From: Alistipes sp.
GTDB lineage: Bacteria > Bacteroidota > Bacteroidia > Bacteroidales > Rikenellaceae
Length of the DNA: 64,000 nucleotides
Reading direction: 5' to 3'
NCBI GenBank assembly: GCA_045588935.1
Contig: JAZNFC010000050.1
Coordinates: 12,370 to 76,369 of the forward strand
Under the pieces are notes generated by a model. It saw only the letters and a program-made list of their open reading frames with translations, searched no databases and was not told the origin of the DNA. The position numbers and the translations under genes are program-made. This document shows, piece after piece, positions 39,001 to 48,680 of this stretch (the first letter of the stretch is position 1; every line of letters begins with the position of its first letter).

Positions 39001-39169
39001 CTTGGTGCACCGCACCTCAAATTGGTCGCTTTCGCCCATCAGCGTCACAGAGCTTCAGGAGGTAGATGGCGGCTACCGCCCTGTATATAAGTTTAACGGT
39101 GCGAACTATACGCTCGATGATGTTGCTTCGCGCTGGCATATGCAGGTTGGCGTAAGAGTAGTGTTCTAA
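36074..39169 (+). CDS. Oar-like TonB-dependent receptor (no SusD partner)
   Basis: Signal ATA-Q; GMRVGGPYTITFSYIG, GGSINAVTRSGDN, GGPIIKNKLFFF, FSPRIG and C-terminal QVGVRVVF motifs. Confidence 0.92.
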   Translation: MKRLLLCAALFLFAAVATAQVTTSTIRGRVTTFETPLHSATIVAKHLPSGTSYGTTTNAEGYFSINGMRVGGPYTITFSYIGYQSVEYNDVELKMGSPMTLDVTLKEDTLEMDDVVIVGTHDTPTATTSFSRHAMEIMPSVDRSIYDLTKLMPGAVSPKAGGIVLSGQSTRNNAFTIDGTSAADIYGLGTTGMTGSLTNANPIPLDALAMVEFSTASVDMRSSGHTGGSINAVTRSGDNEFKGSAYSYYNNEHFYGTTPGADIKERTRLTEQSSSIYGLTFGGPIIKNKLFFFVAGEFNRGTTPSANHPTDPNSAITLDEAKAISAHYKKLTGYDGGGYNGHNIEALTGSAVARIDWNINDKNHLSLRYNMLHADADASSNTAQAYYFRGAEYTNINRTHSAVAELHSSDTWGTNNLRIGYTYLRDGRTTPEALPAVIINGLGSKGNGSATIGTNPYSGCNTLTQNILIVSDDVTLMRGRHTITIGTSNEFYRADNLYLANARGTYTYGSLNDFLAENGSTAGHAMQYAYNYFVDGKRNPPMNMAQFAIYAQDEVELAKQLHLTYGLRIDIPVMFDTPVANDDFNKSSFATDYGTLTGDIPRTQLLFSPRIGVEWLHEGLTLRGSAGIYTGRVPFVWLANCYQNTGLRSAGVTVKNQSDTPAFSTSPESVGKKGNPAIDVVDSKFHYPQVFRIAATARYTIGGLSMQLDADYSKGINNLAVENLVAKDVGNRLFVGGEDNTTSTTYYTSNTTNYSAVYRLKNTHQGYAWSATARLEYNFANVAPGLKAMAAYTYAQSKSINDGISAQSSSNWGRTYAVDSNNPALAASVYEFPHKVIAMVEYSRRYGLFGTNIMLLYNGFSGEHYSLTYAKGKVDVNGDSYLGNSLIYIPTKEEMNTMLWADDTSMAAFEKYISSDKYLLSHRGKFAERNSHSLPFESRLDLHIAQSFYFDRKSSRRVELSLDIINLGNLLSRSWGLVHRTSNWSLSPISVTELQEVDGGYRPVYKFNGANYTLDDVASRWHMQVGVRVVF

Positions 39170-39182
39170 ACATACGGGGCAT

Positions 39183-39245
39183 AGGCTGAACAAAGATAGT
39201 GGGTGACTAAAAAGTAAAATAGTCACTCACTTTTTATTCAGCCTC
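39183..39245. repeat. REP-like palindrome copy 3 nested inside MITE-type inverted ends
   Basis: AGGCTGAACAAAGAT-[AGTGGGTGACTA-aaaagtaaaa-TAGTCACTCACT]-TTTTATTCAGCCTC; probably also terminates the receptor transcript. Confidence 0.8.
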
Positions 39246-39362
39246 GCACTTTTGTGTATCACAGAAGCCCGATACACCCACGCCGACAGCCATCCGAAAC
39301 CTCGAATACCACACTATTTTTCATGCTCCGTATAATTTTTAAAAAAACTTATGAACTATTAA

Positions 39363-39393
39363 TTGCTTTATAAATATATATTTTGTACCTTTG
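39363..39393 (+). promoter_or_regulatory. -33/-7 promoter for the NifU-like/GGGtGRT pair
   Basis: TTG at 39363 and TACCTTTG at 39386-39393. Confidence 0.65.
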
Positions 39394-39458
39394 CCCTGAT
39401 TTTTGCTAATTGAAAAGGATTAGGTTTACAATACAATAATTTAAAAATTAACAAGACT

Positions 39459-40151
39459 ATGATTTACTCACACGAAGTGCAGCAGATGTGCTGCGTGAAG
39501 AAGGGTGCTAACCATGAGTCGGCACCTATTCCCGAGGAGGGCAAATGGGTACGTGCCAAGGAGATCAAGGATATCTCCGGTCTTACTCACGGTATTGGTT
39601 GGTGTGCTCCCCAGCAGGGTGCTTGTAAGCTCACACTCAACGTTAAGGATGGCATTATCGAGGAGGCTCTGGTAGAGACTATCGGTTGCTCGGGTATGAC
39701 TCACTCGGCTGCTATGGCTTCAGAGATCTTGCCCGGCAAGACTATCCTTGAGGCGTTGAACACCGACCTCGTATGTGATGCTATCAACACCGCTATGCGC
39801 GAGCTCTTCAAGCAGATTGTTTACGGTCGTACACAGTCTGCATTCTCGGAAGGTGGTCTCGTTATCGGTGCTTCACTCGAGGACCTCGGTAAGGGTCTTC
39901 GCTCGCAGGTAGGTACCATGTTCGGTACTAACGCCAAGGGTACACGCTACCTCGAGATGGCCGAGGGTTACTGCACACGCATGGCTCTCGACGCTAACGA
40001 CGAGGTTATAGGCTACGAGTTTGTACACCTCGGCAAGATGATGGACTTCATCAAGAAGGGCATCGAGCCCGCAGAGGCACTCGAGAAGGCAAAGGGCTCT
40101 TATGGCCGCTTCAAGGATGCTGTTAAGTATATCGATCCTCGTCACGAGTAA
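39459..40151 (+). CDS. NifU/IscU-like Fe-S scaffold-domain protein (partner of GGGtGRT)
   Basis: GWCAPQQGACKLTLNVKDGIIEEALVETIGCSGMTHSAAMASE and LVCDAIN: IscU-like Cys spacing. Confidence 0.88.
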   Translation: MIYSHEVQQMCCVKKGANHESAPIPEEGKWVRAKEIKDISGLTHGIGWCAPQQGACKLTLNVKDGIIEEALVETIGCSGMTHSAAMASEILPGKTILEALNTDLVCDAINTAMRELFKQIVYGRTQSAFSEGGLVIGASLEDLGKGLRSQVGTMFGTNAKGTRYLEMAEGYCTRMALDANDEVIGYEFVHLGKMMDFIKKGIEPAEALEKAKGSYGRFKDAVKYIDPRHE

Positions 40152-40195
40152 ACGAGGCGTTCAAAGTTTATTAACCATTAAATCAGATTACATTT

Positions 40196-41194
40196 ATGGC
40201 ATTATTTGAGAGCTATGAGCGCAGAATCGAGAAAATCAACACTGTGCTTGCACAATATGGTATTAAGTCAATAGAGGAGGCAAAGGCTATCTGCGACGAG
40301 AAGGGCATCGACCCCTACAAGATGTGTGAGGAGACACAGCCTATCTGCTTCGAGAACGCAAAGTGGGCATATGTCGTAGGCGCTGCTATCGCCATTAAGA
40401 AGGGTTGCACAAATGCTGCCGACGCTGCCGAGGCTATCGGCGAGGGTCTTCAGGCATTCTGCATCAACGGCTCGGTAGCCGAGGATCGTAAGGTAGGTAT
40501 CGGCCACGGTAACCTCGCAGCACGTCTTCTCCGTGAGGAGACACAGTGCTTCGCCTTCCTTGCCGGTCACGAGTCTTTCGCAGCTGCCGAGGGAGCTATT
40601 AAGATTGCAGAGATGGCTAACCGCGTGCGTAAGAATCCTTTGCGCGTAATCCTCAACGGTTTGGGTAAGGACGCTGCGAAGATTATCTCACGTATCAACG
40701 GCTTTACATACGTACGTACCGAGTTTGACTACTACACAGGCGAGGTACACGAGATGGAGACCATCGCCTACTCTGACGGTCTTCGTTCAAAGGTACGCTG
40801 CTATGGCGTAGATGATGTACGTGAAGGTGTAGCCGTGATGTGGAAGGAGGATGTAGATGTATCTATCACAGGTAACTCTACAAACCCCACACGCTTCCAG
40901 CACCCCGTAGCAGGTACTTACAAGAAGGAGCGCACCTTGGCTGGCAAGAAGTACTTCTCGGTAGCTTCAGGTGGAGGTACCGGCCGTACACTTCACCCCG
41001 ATAACATGGGTGCAGGTCCCGCATCGTATGGTATGACCGACACTATGGGTCGTATGCACTCTGACGCTCAGTTTGCAGGCTCTTCATCAGTTCCCGCACA
41101 CGTGGAGATGATGGGCTTCCTCGGTATGGGTAACAACCCTATGGTGGGTGCTACGGTAGCTGTTGCAGTAGCTATCCAGCAGGCAATGAACTAA
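40196..41194 (+). CDS. GGGtGRT protein (function unknown)
   Basis: Literal SGGGTGRTLHPDNM signature; AGHESFAAAEGA and GNSTNPTRFQH. Confidence 0.95.
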   Translation: MALFESYERRIEKINTVLAQYGIKSIEEAKAICDEKGIDPYKMCEETQPICFENAKWAYVVGAAIAIKKGCTNAADAAEAIGEGLQAFCINGSVAEDRKVGIGHGNLAARLLREETQCFAFLAGHESFAAAEGAIKIAEMANRVRKNPLRVILNGLGKDAAKIISRINGFTYVRTEFDYYTGEVHEMETIAYSDGLRSKVRCYGVDDVREGVAVMWKEDVDVSITGNSTNPTRFQHPVAGTYKKERTLAGKKYFSVASGGGTGRTLHPDNMGAGPASYGMTDTMGRMHSDAQFAGSSSVPAHVEMMGFLGMGNNPMVGATVAVAVAIQQAMN

Positions 41195-41231
41195 TTTCTT
41201 GTGATAAGCCGCAATCTGCGGCATCAAACTC

Positions 41232-41280
41232 AACTCCCTGAATAGGAAATACGCCAAGTATATCCTATCCAGGGAGTTTT
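41232..41280 (+). terminator. Intrinsic terminator
   Basis: AACTCCCTG-AATAGGA...TCCTAT-CCAGGGAGTT followed by TT. Confidence 0.7.
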
Positions 41281-41651
41281 CATTTGCTACCACATCTCAC
41301 GACTTCTGACAAGAAATTACACTCATTGGCAATCGCAAAATCGCGCATACATCCTCACCACACTACCCATCCGGGCTAATTTTATGTCAAGACCAAGCCT
41401 CACCCCCTCTGGCAAGAAATCGCCTATCGTCTTGGAAGGTTGTTGTTTAAGAAGTTTAGGGACATATACTCTACATTCTCCCTAATCTCCATACACAAAG
41501 CCCCGCACAGCCATATTTCCCCTTTGCAAAGGCTATATTCATTCGATATATTCATCATAAAAAAGAATATATTATTTATTCCTCCAAAGAATAAATATGC
41601 ACAATTTCACATTATATATGTATAAATCCTTTCATTTTCAATTATTTTCGT

Positions 41652-41659
41652 TATCTTTG
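41652..41659 (+). promoter_or_regulatory. -7 promoter element for the right SusCD locus
   Basis: TATCTTTG, 33 nt upstream of the susC ATG. Confidence 0.6.
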
Positions 41660-41692
41660 CCCTTATTACCTATGGACACAAACTCATATTAG

Positions 41693-44629
41693 ATGAAACA
41701 TTTAACCATATTACTACTATCACTCATTGCGACGCTATCATCCATCACGATGGCTGCGGCACAAAACCGAGTGACCGTAACGGGTACGGTGACATCGGCC
41801 GAGGATGCGCTACCGCTAATTGGCGTGAGCGTAATCTCGGGTCCCAGCTCCGGCGTGAGCACAGGCATAGATGGCACATACACAATAACAGCAACCGAGG
41901 GCACAACACTACTCTTCCAGTATATCGGCTATGCTGACCACGAGTGGGTGATACCCACAGGAGCAAGCCGGCAGGTTCACGACGTAGTGCTCGAGAGTGG
42001 CACGCAAGCTCTCGACGAGGTTGTCGTTGTAGCCTATGGAACACGTAAGAAGGGTACGATTGCCGGCTCGGTATCTACCGTGAAGAGCGAGAAGCTCGAG
42101 AGTGTTCCTGCTGCAGGCTTCGACCAAGCACTGCAGGGACAGAGCCCCGGACTCATGGTGCTCTCGAACTCCGGAGAGCCCTCAAAGGCTGCGACATTCC
42201 AAATTCGCGGTACAAACTCGATAAACTCGGGAACAGCACCCCTCTTCATCCTTGACGGTGTGCCCATCTCAAGCTCCGACTTCAATGCCATATCACCCTC
42301 GGACATCGAGTCGGTATCAGTATTGAAAGATGCCTCGTCATCGTCAATCTACGGCGCACGTGCCGCCAATGGCGTTGTGGTAATAACCACCAAGCGAGGC
42401 ACGACATCCGATGCTGCACGCATAACCTTCCGCACGCAGGTCGGCATATCGCAGATTGCGCATGGCAACTGGAACCTGATGAACACCCAGGAGCGCATAG
42501 CCTTCGAGAAGGAGATAGGCCTGGATGCCGGCAAGAACTACGACATCTTAAGCCGCACGGATGTCAATTGGCTTGATGCCGTATTCAACGACCACGCGCT
42601 ATTGCAGAGCTACGACCTTTCGGTGAGCCGCGCCACAGATAAGATGAACTACTATGTTTCGGGCTCGTTTTACGACCAGGATGGTATCGCCTTAGGCTCA
42701 ACCTTCCGCCGCTACAACATACGCTCAAATGCCGACGTGCGTGCTGCAAAGTGGCTACGACTCGGCACAAACACGATGACCGTATATGAGGAGGTACGCC
42801 AGGCCGAGGATGGCGAATATGCACTCTACTCACCCATCTCGGCAAGCCGCTTCATGCTCCCCTACTGGAATCCCTATCGCGAGGATGGCTCCATAGCCTC
42901 CGAGAGCGACGGCTCATGGAAGGGTACGGGACAAAACCCCATGGAGTGGATGGATAACAATCGTCAGAAAAACAAGAAGTTTAAGGTGCTATCGACAATA
43001 TTTGCCGAGGTGACACCCATTGAGGATTTAACCATACGCTCGCAGTTTGGTGTAGATTTCACCAATTCGACAGCCTTTATGCAGTCTATGCCGAGCTACA
43101 AGCCCAACAATGGTACGGGTGCTGCAGGTCGCGCATCATACAACACGCTGAACCTCACGGTGACAAATACGATAAACTACCGCAAAAATATCGGCCGCCA
43201 TGCGCTGAACTTCATGGTCGGTCAGGAGGGCGTAAACTATACCTACGAGGGTTTCCAGGCCATCTCGCAGGGTCAAAACAACGATTTTCTCACCACCCTA
43301 TCCTCTGGATCTCGTGCAACAGTATGGAGTGATACGACCGACTCATACAGCTACCTATCGTTCTTCGGGCGCGCCGAGTATAGCTACGATGACCGTTATT
43401 ATGCCGACTTCTCAATACGTACGGATGCCTCATCGCGCTTTGGTCGCAGTGGCCGCTGGGCAGCCTTCTGGTCGGTAGGTTTGATGTGGAACGCAAAGAA
43501 GGAGTCCTTCTTAAGCTCGGCAGAGTGGCTGACAAATGCGCAGTTAGCCGTAAGTACAGGTACTTCAGGCAACTCATCGATTCCCAACTTCGACCACCTC
43601 GCCCTGGTGGGCGGTGGCGCCAACTACAACGACAACATGGGTATCTATCCCTTGCAGAGTGGCAACGAAAATCTTGGCTGGGAGAAGCTCTGGACAACAA
43701 ACGTAGCCCTGCACCTCGGCTTCCTCTACCGCATAAACCTCGACGTGGAGTTCTACAACAAGCTCACCACCGATATGCTCATGTCCGTGCCTGTGTCGTA
43801 TGCCGATAAGGGCGAAGGCTTCCGCTGGGATAATATCGGTGCGATGGTCAATCGCGGTGTAGAGCTCTCACTCAATGCCGATGTCATCAGCACACGCAAC
43901 TTCAATTGGAATATCTCGGCCAATGTGTCGTACAACAAGAATAAGATTACGGAGCTCTACAATGGTCTGAACGAATATGAGCTCTCCTCAACAAGCACCA
44001 AGCTCGTCGTGGGACACTCCGTAGGCGAGTTCTACGTCAACCGCTATGCCGGTGTTAACCCCGCCAATGGTGAAGCTCTATGGCTCACAAAGGAGGGCGA
44101 TGTGACAAACGAGTTCTCGGAGCGCGATAAGGTGATGATTGGCAAGAGTTACATCGCGCCCTGGCAGGGAGGCTTCGGCACCTCGCTTTCATGGAAGGGG
44201 CTCACACTCTCGGCACAGTTCTCATGGGTAGCAGACCGCTGGATGTTCAACAACGACCGTTTCTTCGAGGAGAGCAACGGCCTCTACTCGTCGTATAACC
44301 AGTCGCGACGTCTGCTCTATGACCGCTGGAAGAAGCCCGGCGATATCACCGACATACCTCGCTACGGTATAACACCGCAGATGGACTCTCGCTTCTTGGA
44401 GGATGCCTCGTTCCTGCGTCTTAAGAACCTGATGCTCGGCTACTCACTGCCGGCAGATGTGCTCAAGAAGTCAAAGGTCTTTACCTCGGCACGTATCTAC
44501 ATACAGGCGCAGAACCTCTTCACCTTCACGGCCTTTACGGGTATCGACCCTGAATCCTCGAGCAACGTGTATAAGGCACAATACCCCATGTCGCGCCAAT
44601 ATTCGATAGGCATCGACCTCACCTTCTAA
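41693..44629 (+). CDS. susC: SusC/RagA family TonB-dependent transporter
   Basis: VLKDASSSSIYGARAANGVVVITTK, GNENLGWEK, DASFLRLKN and C-terminal GIDLTF motifs. Confidence 0.97.
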   Translation: MKHLTILLLSLIATLSSITMAAAQNRVTVTGTVTSAEDALPLIGVSVISGPSSGVSTGIDGTYTITATEGTTLLFQYIGYADHEWVIPTGASRQVHDVVLESGTQALDEVVVVAYGTRKKGTIAGSVSTVKSEKLESVPAAGFDQALQGQSPGLMVLSNSGEPSKAATFQIRGTNSINSGTAPLFILDGVPISSSDFNAISPSDIESVSVLKDASSSSIYGARAANGVVVITTKRGTTSDAARITFRTQVGISQIAHGNWNLMNTQERIAFEKEIGLDAGKNYDILSRTDVNWLDAVFNDHALLQSYDLSVSRATDKMNYYVSGSFYDQDGIALGSTFRRYNIRSNADVRAAKWLRLGTNTMTVYEEVRQAEDGEYALYSPISASRFMLPYWNPYREDGSIASESDGSWKGTGQNPMEWMDNNRQKNKKFKVLSTIFAEVTPIEDLTIRSQFGVDFTNSTAFMQSMPSYKPNNGTGAAGRASYNTLNLTVTNTINYRKNIGRHALNFMVGQEGVNYTYEGFQAISQGQNNDFLTTLSSGSRATVWSDTTDSYSYLSFFGRAEYSYDDRYYADFSIRTDASSRFGRSGRWAAFWSVGLMWNAKKESFLSSAEWLTNAQLAVSTGTSGNSSIPNFDHLALVGGGANYNDNMGIYPLQSGNENLGWEKLWTTNVALHLGFLYRINLDVEFYNKLTTDMLMSVPVSYADKGEGFRWDNIGAMVNRGVELSLNADVISTRNFNWNISANVSYNKNKITELYNGLNEYELSSTSTKLVVGHSVGEFYVNRYAGVNPANGEALWLTKEGDVTNEFSERDKVMIGKSYIAPWQGGFGTSLSWKGLTLSAQFSWVADRWMFNNDRFFEESNGLYSSYNQSRRLLYDRWKKPGDITDIPRYGITPQMDSRFLEDASFLRLKNLMLGYSLPADVLKKSKVFTSARIYIQAQNLFTFTAFTGIDPESSSNVYKAQYPMSRQYSIGIDLTF

Positions 44630-44643
44630 TGATTGTATAAGCT

Positions 44644-46170
44644 ATGAGAAAGATATATACGATAATTCTATCGGCCGTCGTGCTCGTTGGTATTGCAACA
44701 ACCGCAACCTCGTGTCTTGATAAATATCCCGACAATGCCATTCCTGCAGATAAGGCCATCAACACCCTCAAAGAGCTTGATCAAGCAGCCATAGGCATGT
44801 ATGCCGCCTTCAAGAGTCCGGCACTCTATAGCGGTTACCTCACGTTACTCCCCGACCTGCAGTGCGATCTGGCATACGCCATCAATGGCTATTCGAATCT
44901 CTATGGTAACATCTGGCGCTGGGATATTTTGGCGACAAACTCCGAGATTACGTCTGTCTATGCCGCGCTCTACGATGTTATTGCTCGCGCCAACTTTATG
45001 CTTGAGTATGCACCTCGTGTGGAGCTTACCCTAAAGAGTGATGAGGAGATAGAGGAATTCAACGGGCTCTGTGGCGAGGCTTATATGGCACGCGCCATAG
45101 CCTACTCGGAACTTGTGAAGCTCTACTGCAAGCCCTACGAAAGCCGTGAGGATGCCGAGAGTGAGCTCGGCGTAGTGCTTGTCACGAAGTATCATACCGA
45201 CGAGCCTATGACTCGCTCGTCGTTAGCTCAATCCTATGACCGCATACTTGCCGACCTCGACAAGGCTGCCGAGCTGCTCGATATCGACGAGGAGACTCTT
45301 AACGGAAACATCTGGAATGCCACCTACTTCAACGAATATACGGCATATGCTCTGCGTGCGCGCGTAGCGCTATATATGAAGGAGTATGACGAGGCTATAA
45401 AGTATGCCTCAAAGGTTATCGACAGTGGCTACTTCCGTCTTTCACCTGCCAATCAGGAGTATGCAGGCGGCATGAGCCACTTCACAAATATGTGGCAGTA
45501 TGACGATGGCATGGAGATTATCTGGAAGGTAGGTTTTACCATCAACTCCTATGGAGGTGCTCTCGGTCAGGCATTCTTCAACTACGACTACTCGTCGATG
45601 AAGCCCGACTATGTGCCTGCCGAGTGGGTGCTCAACCTCTACGACCAAAGCGACCTGCGCTATGGCAACTACTTCTACTCCTACACCACGGGACATAGCC
45701 ATGGTCTAACATGGCCTCTGCTTGTCAAGTATTTCGGCAATATGAACTTCTTCAGCCAAAATGTCCTACACACGCTTATGCCCAAGCCTTTACGCATGGC
45801 CGAGCAGTATCTCATACGCGCCGAGGCTTATGTTGCAGGGGATAACGACTATGCACGTGCCGGAGAGGATATAGCCACGCTACGTGCCGCACGCTACCAA
45901 TCATATGGCGGCGGTGTGTCGATGAATGACGAGAATGCCATGACCATCATTGAGGAGGAGCGCATCAAGGAACTTTATATGGAGGGTTTCCGTCTTACAG
46001 ACCTCAAGCGCTGGCATAAAGGCTTCGAACGCAAGCCGCAGAGCGAGTCGCTGGAGAATGGTTCATCACTCAAGATTGAGGCCGATCACAAGCTCTTCGT
46101 GTGGCCTATACCGCAGCATGAGTTAGAGTCTCCGGGAGCAAACATCCAGCCCAACGAGAGCAATATGTAG
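44644..46170 (+). CDS. susD: RagB/SusD family lipoprotein
   Basis: Lipobox ATSC; LRARVALY, RMAEQYLIRAEA, ERIKELYMEGFRLTDLKR and WPIP motifs. Confidence 0.96.
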   Translation: MRKIYTIILSAVVLVGIATTATSCLDKYPDNAIPADKAINTLKELDQAAIGMYAAFKSPALYSGYLTLLPDLQCDLAYAINGYSNLYGNIWRWDILATNSEITSVYAALYDVIARANFMLEYAPRVELTLKSDEEIEEFNGLCGEAYMARAIAYSELVKLYCKPYESREDAESELGVVLVTKYHTDEPMTRSSLAQSYDRILADLDKAAELLDIDEETLNGNIWNATYFNEYTAYALRARVALYMKEYDEAIKYASKVIDSGYFRLSPANQEYAGGMSHFTNMWQYDDGMEIIWKVGFTINSYGGALGQAFFNYDYSSMKPDYVPAEWVLNLYDQSDLRYGNYFYSYTTGHSHGLTWPLLVKYFGNMNFFSQNVLHTLMPKPLRMAEQYLIRAEAYVAGDNDYARAGEDIATLRAARYQSYGGGVSMNDENAMTIIEEERIKELYMEGFRLTDLKRWHKGFERKPQSESLENGSSLKIEADHKLFVWPIPQHELESPGANIQPNESNM

Positions 46171-46190
46171 TACCGTAACGAATTGAATAT

Positions 46191-47069
46191 ATGAAGAGTA
46201 GATATACGATAGCAGCTTTGGTAGTGCTTGCAACGCTCGTTGTCGCCTGCCAGGTCGAGTATCCGTGTTACGAGGGTCCCGACTTTATAATGTTCTCCGA
46301 GAAGAGCCACAATCTCGGTATTCTTTCAAATGAGGAGTGGTTCGAGATACCCGTCTCGGCGACCCGCACCGCAGATCATGACCGCCTTATCGGCGTGGAG
46401 ATATTGAGCCGCGAGAGTAACGCCATTGAAGGTCGCCACTACGACATCGAGTCGAGCACGCTGTGCATACCCGCGGGCAAGCTCACCACGGCAGTACGCA
46501 TACGTGGCTATGCCGATAATATCGAGGTGTCCGACTCACTCGGCGTCGCTCTGCGCTTAGTTGTAGATAAGGAGATGCAGAGCGACCTCTACACGCTCGA
46601 TACCGAGGTGCTCCTCCACAAGTGTTGCCCCGTGGACATCAACGCATTTGTAGGTTATGCCAAGCTCACCTCTACATGGGTAATGCAGTATATGAATGCC
46701 GAGGCACGCCTTGTGCGCACGGAGCGTAATCCCGAGAATGAGTGGGGCATCATCGTGAAGGATATGTTCTACGACGGCTACGATGTAAGCCTTACGCTCA
46801 ACACAAAGGAGCGTCTGGAGCCCACGGTAGAGATGGAAGAGCATGTCATAGGCACTACGGGAGAGGCCTTCGGCACGATATATGGCGATGGCAAGCTCCG
46901 CATGATGACTCCCATGGGCTACACCTCATACTTCAGCTCATGTGAGAACTTCTTGGTAAACTACTCGACAATGTATGTCGAGGCTGTGGGCACCGTAGGT
47001 CTATATGTAAATATTCTGGAGTGGATATCTGATGACGAGGCCGAGCGTATTATGCGTGAGGGCTTTTAA
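46191..47069 (+). CDS. Lipoprotein, DUF4984-like (SusE-position)
   Basis: Lipobox VVAC; SNAIEGRHY Ig-like domain; position directly after susD. Family name recalled from similar Bacteroides loci. Confidence 0.7.
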   Translation: MKSRYTIAALVVLATLVVACQVEYPCYEGPDFIMFSEKSHNLGILSNEEWFEIPVSATRTADHDRLIGVEILSRESNAIEGRHYDIESSTLCIPAGKLTTAVRIRGYADNIEVSDSLGVALRLVVDKEMQSDLYTLDTEVLLHKCCPVDINAFVGYAKLTSTWVMQYMNAEARLVRTERNPENEWGIIVKDMFYDGYDVSLTLNTKERLEPTVEMEEHVIGTTGEAFGTIYGDGKLRMMTPMGYTSYFSSCENFLVNYSTMYVEAVGTVGLYVNILEWISDDEAERIMREGF

Positions 47070-47094
47070 CTAACCATAAAACCAACATACGAAG

Positions 47095-48675
47095 ATGATA
47101 CGAAGCATGATATACTGGGTATGTGCCATAGCTGTAACGGCTATGGGCATGGTTGCCTGCGAGACAGAAGATGGAAATATCGATATCCCCACAGAGCAGA
47201 CTATCGAGTGCAAGGCCGGTGAGCGAGCATCACTCAAGTTCGAGGTGGCGGATAAGTGGCGCATATGGTCAGATGCCACATGGTGTGAATTTATGACTCC
47301 TGCAGGCAAGGTGCTTGACATGTCGGGAGAGAGAGGCTCTCATACCGTAACCCTCGCTATTGGCAGTCAAGACCTAAAGAACGAGACGAGCACGGCACAC
47401 ATCACGATGAAGTGTGGTAACAAGGAGAGCATTATTGCCACGGTGATACGCGCAGCCAAAGAGCTCACGATAAAGCTCTACGACAAGGATAACAACGAAA
47501 TTGATGCCATCAACCTCGGTTACAACATCCACAACACCTTCTATGTGGAGGCCAACTTCCGATTTGCCGCCGTGGAGTTTCCCGAGTGGGTGGAGTTCGA
47601 GGGGGGCTCGGTAGCGGGTTTGCCTAACGAAAGAATCGAGGCCAAGGTGCGCATACAAAACAATGGCGAGCGCGAGCGCACACCCATCACCGTGGAGGAT
47701 GGTCATAAGGTCACCTTCGCGGAAGTAGGCGGTGATGCCACCTTTGACTTCCCAATCATCTTTGAGGGTATGGGAGCCTATAGCCTGACATTCAACGGGC
47801 CTACGGAGAAGAGCTTCGACTGGGAGGTGTCGCTCGACGGCAAGCAGTTCCGCCAGGTGAACGACGACGAGAGCGTGACAACGTTTGAGGAGTATCTACA
47901 ATACAACATCACGGCACAAGATAATAAATACGAGATAGTTACTATCGAGCGAGCAATAGACCGCGGCATACCATCACACAGGATTAATGCCGAGTGGATT
48001 GCCTTCGATAAGGAGAGTATGCGTCTTAATGTCGAGGAGTCACTCTACGCCTCTACACGCTACGGTATGGTGCTGGCTCTACCCATGGCCGTTTATGCAG
48101 AGATAAGAGACGACATCAAGGGTAAGCTTATCGAGTATGACGATGCCTCGGGCATTCAGCTCGAAACACTGCGTTACGACTATTTGAAGTATCTGCTTAT
48201 CGAGTTCAAGCAGTGCGACTTCACCGAGCGCGATTCCTATGTGGGTATGTATATCTACCACTCTATCACCACACTTGAGATTGAGCCCGACGGCTATTAC
48301 TATGCCGACTCACCCTCCGAGCCTAACCTTTATGACGAATATGGTGTCGAGGAGGTGTGGATTACATCTATGGTACTTCCCGCCCAGGGCCTTGGCGAGA
48401 TGCTTAGGCCCGGCATCATCATCGACCCACGCATCGAGGGCTGGAACACCGAGAGCCATGCCGAGGGTCTTGCTACAGCCGAGGTGAAGTACAAGGATAG
48501 AGTGCTGACGATTAAGGATAACGAGTACTACCTCGGAGAGAATAAGGATGAGGTGATGTCCCTGCACTTTTGGGGCCCGAAGGATAGCTTTGACGAGGAG
48601 GTATATATCATCTTCAAACTAAATGGCGAAGCGAAGAAGCTCCTCGTTGTGACACCTCCTACTAACGCAGAATAA
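47095..48675 (+). CDS. Surface lipoprotein with N-terminal BACON-like domain (DUF5003-like)
   Basis: Lipobox MVAC plus acidic ETED; BACON-like FEVADKWRIWSDATWC and FPEWV. Confidence 0.65.
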   Translation: MIRSMIYWVCAIAVTAMGMVACETEDGNIDIPTEQTIECKAGERASLKFEVADKWRIWSDATWCEFMTPAGKVLDMSGERGSHTVTLAIGSQDLKNETSTAHITMKCGNKESIIATVIRAAKELTIKLYDKDNNEIDAINLGYNIHNTFYVEANFRFAAVEFPEWVEFEGGSVAGLPNERIEAKVRIQNNGERERTPITVEDGHKVTFAEVGGDATFDFPIIFEGMGAYSLTFNGPTEKSFDWEVSLDGKQFRQVNDDESVTTFEEYLQYNITAQDNKYEIVTIERAIDRGIPSHRINAEWIAFDKESMRLNVEESLYASTRYGMVLALPMAVYAEIRDDIKGKLIEYDDASGIQLETLRYDYLKYLLIEFKQCDFTERDSYVGMYIYHSITTLEIEPDGYYYADSPSEPNLYDEYGVEEVWITSMVLPAQGLGEMLRPGIIIDPRIEGWNTESHAEGLATAEVKYKDRVLTIKDNEYYLGENKDEVMSLHFWGPKDSFDEEVYIIFKLNGEAKKLLVVTPPTNAE

Positions 48676-48680
48676 AACAG

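Noticed and set aside
41300-41430. Short direct repeat CTG(A/G)CAAGAAAT and sigma54-like TGGCA motifs
   Set aside because: There are only two short copies, and the GG-to-GC spacing is 9 rather than 10 nt, so support is insufficient.
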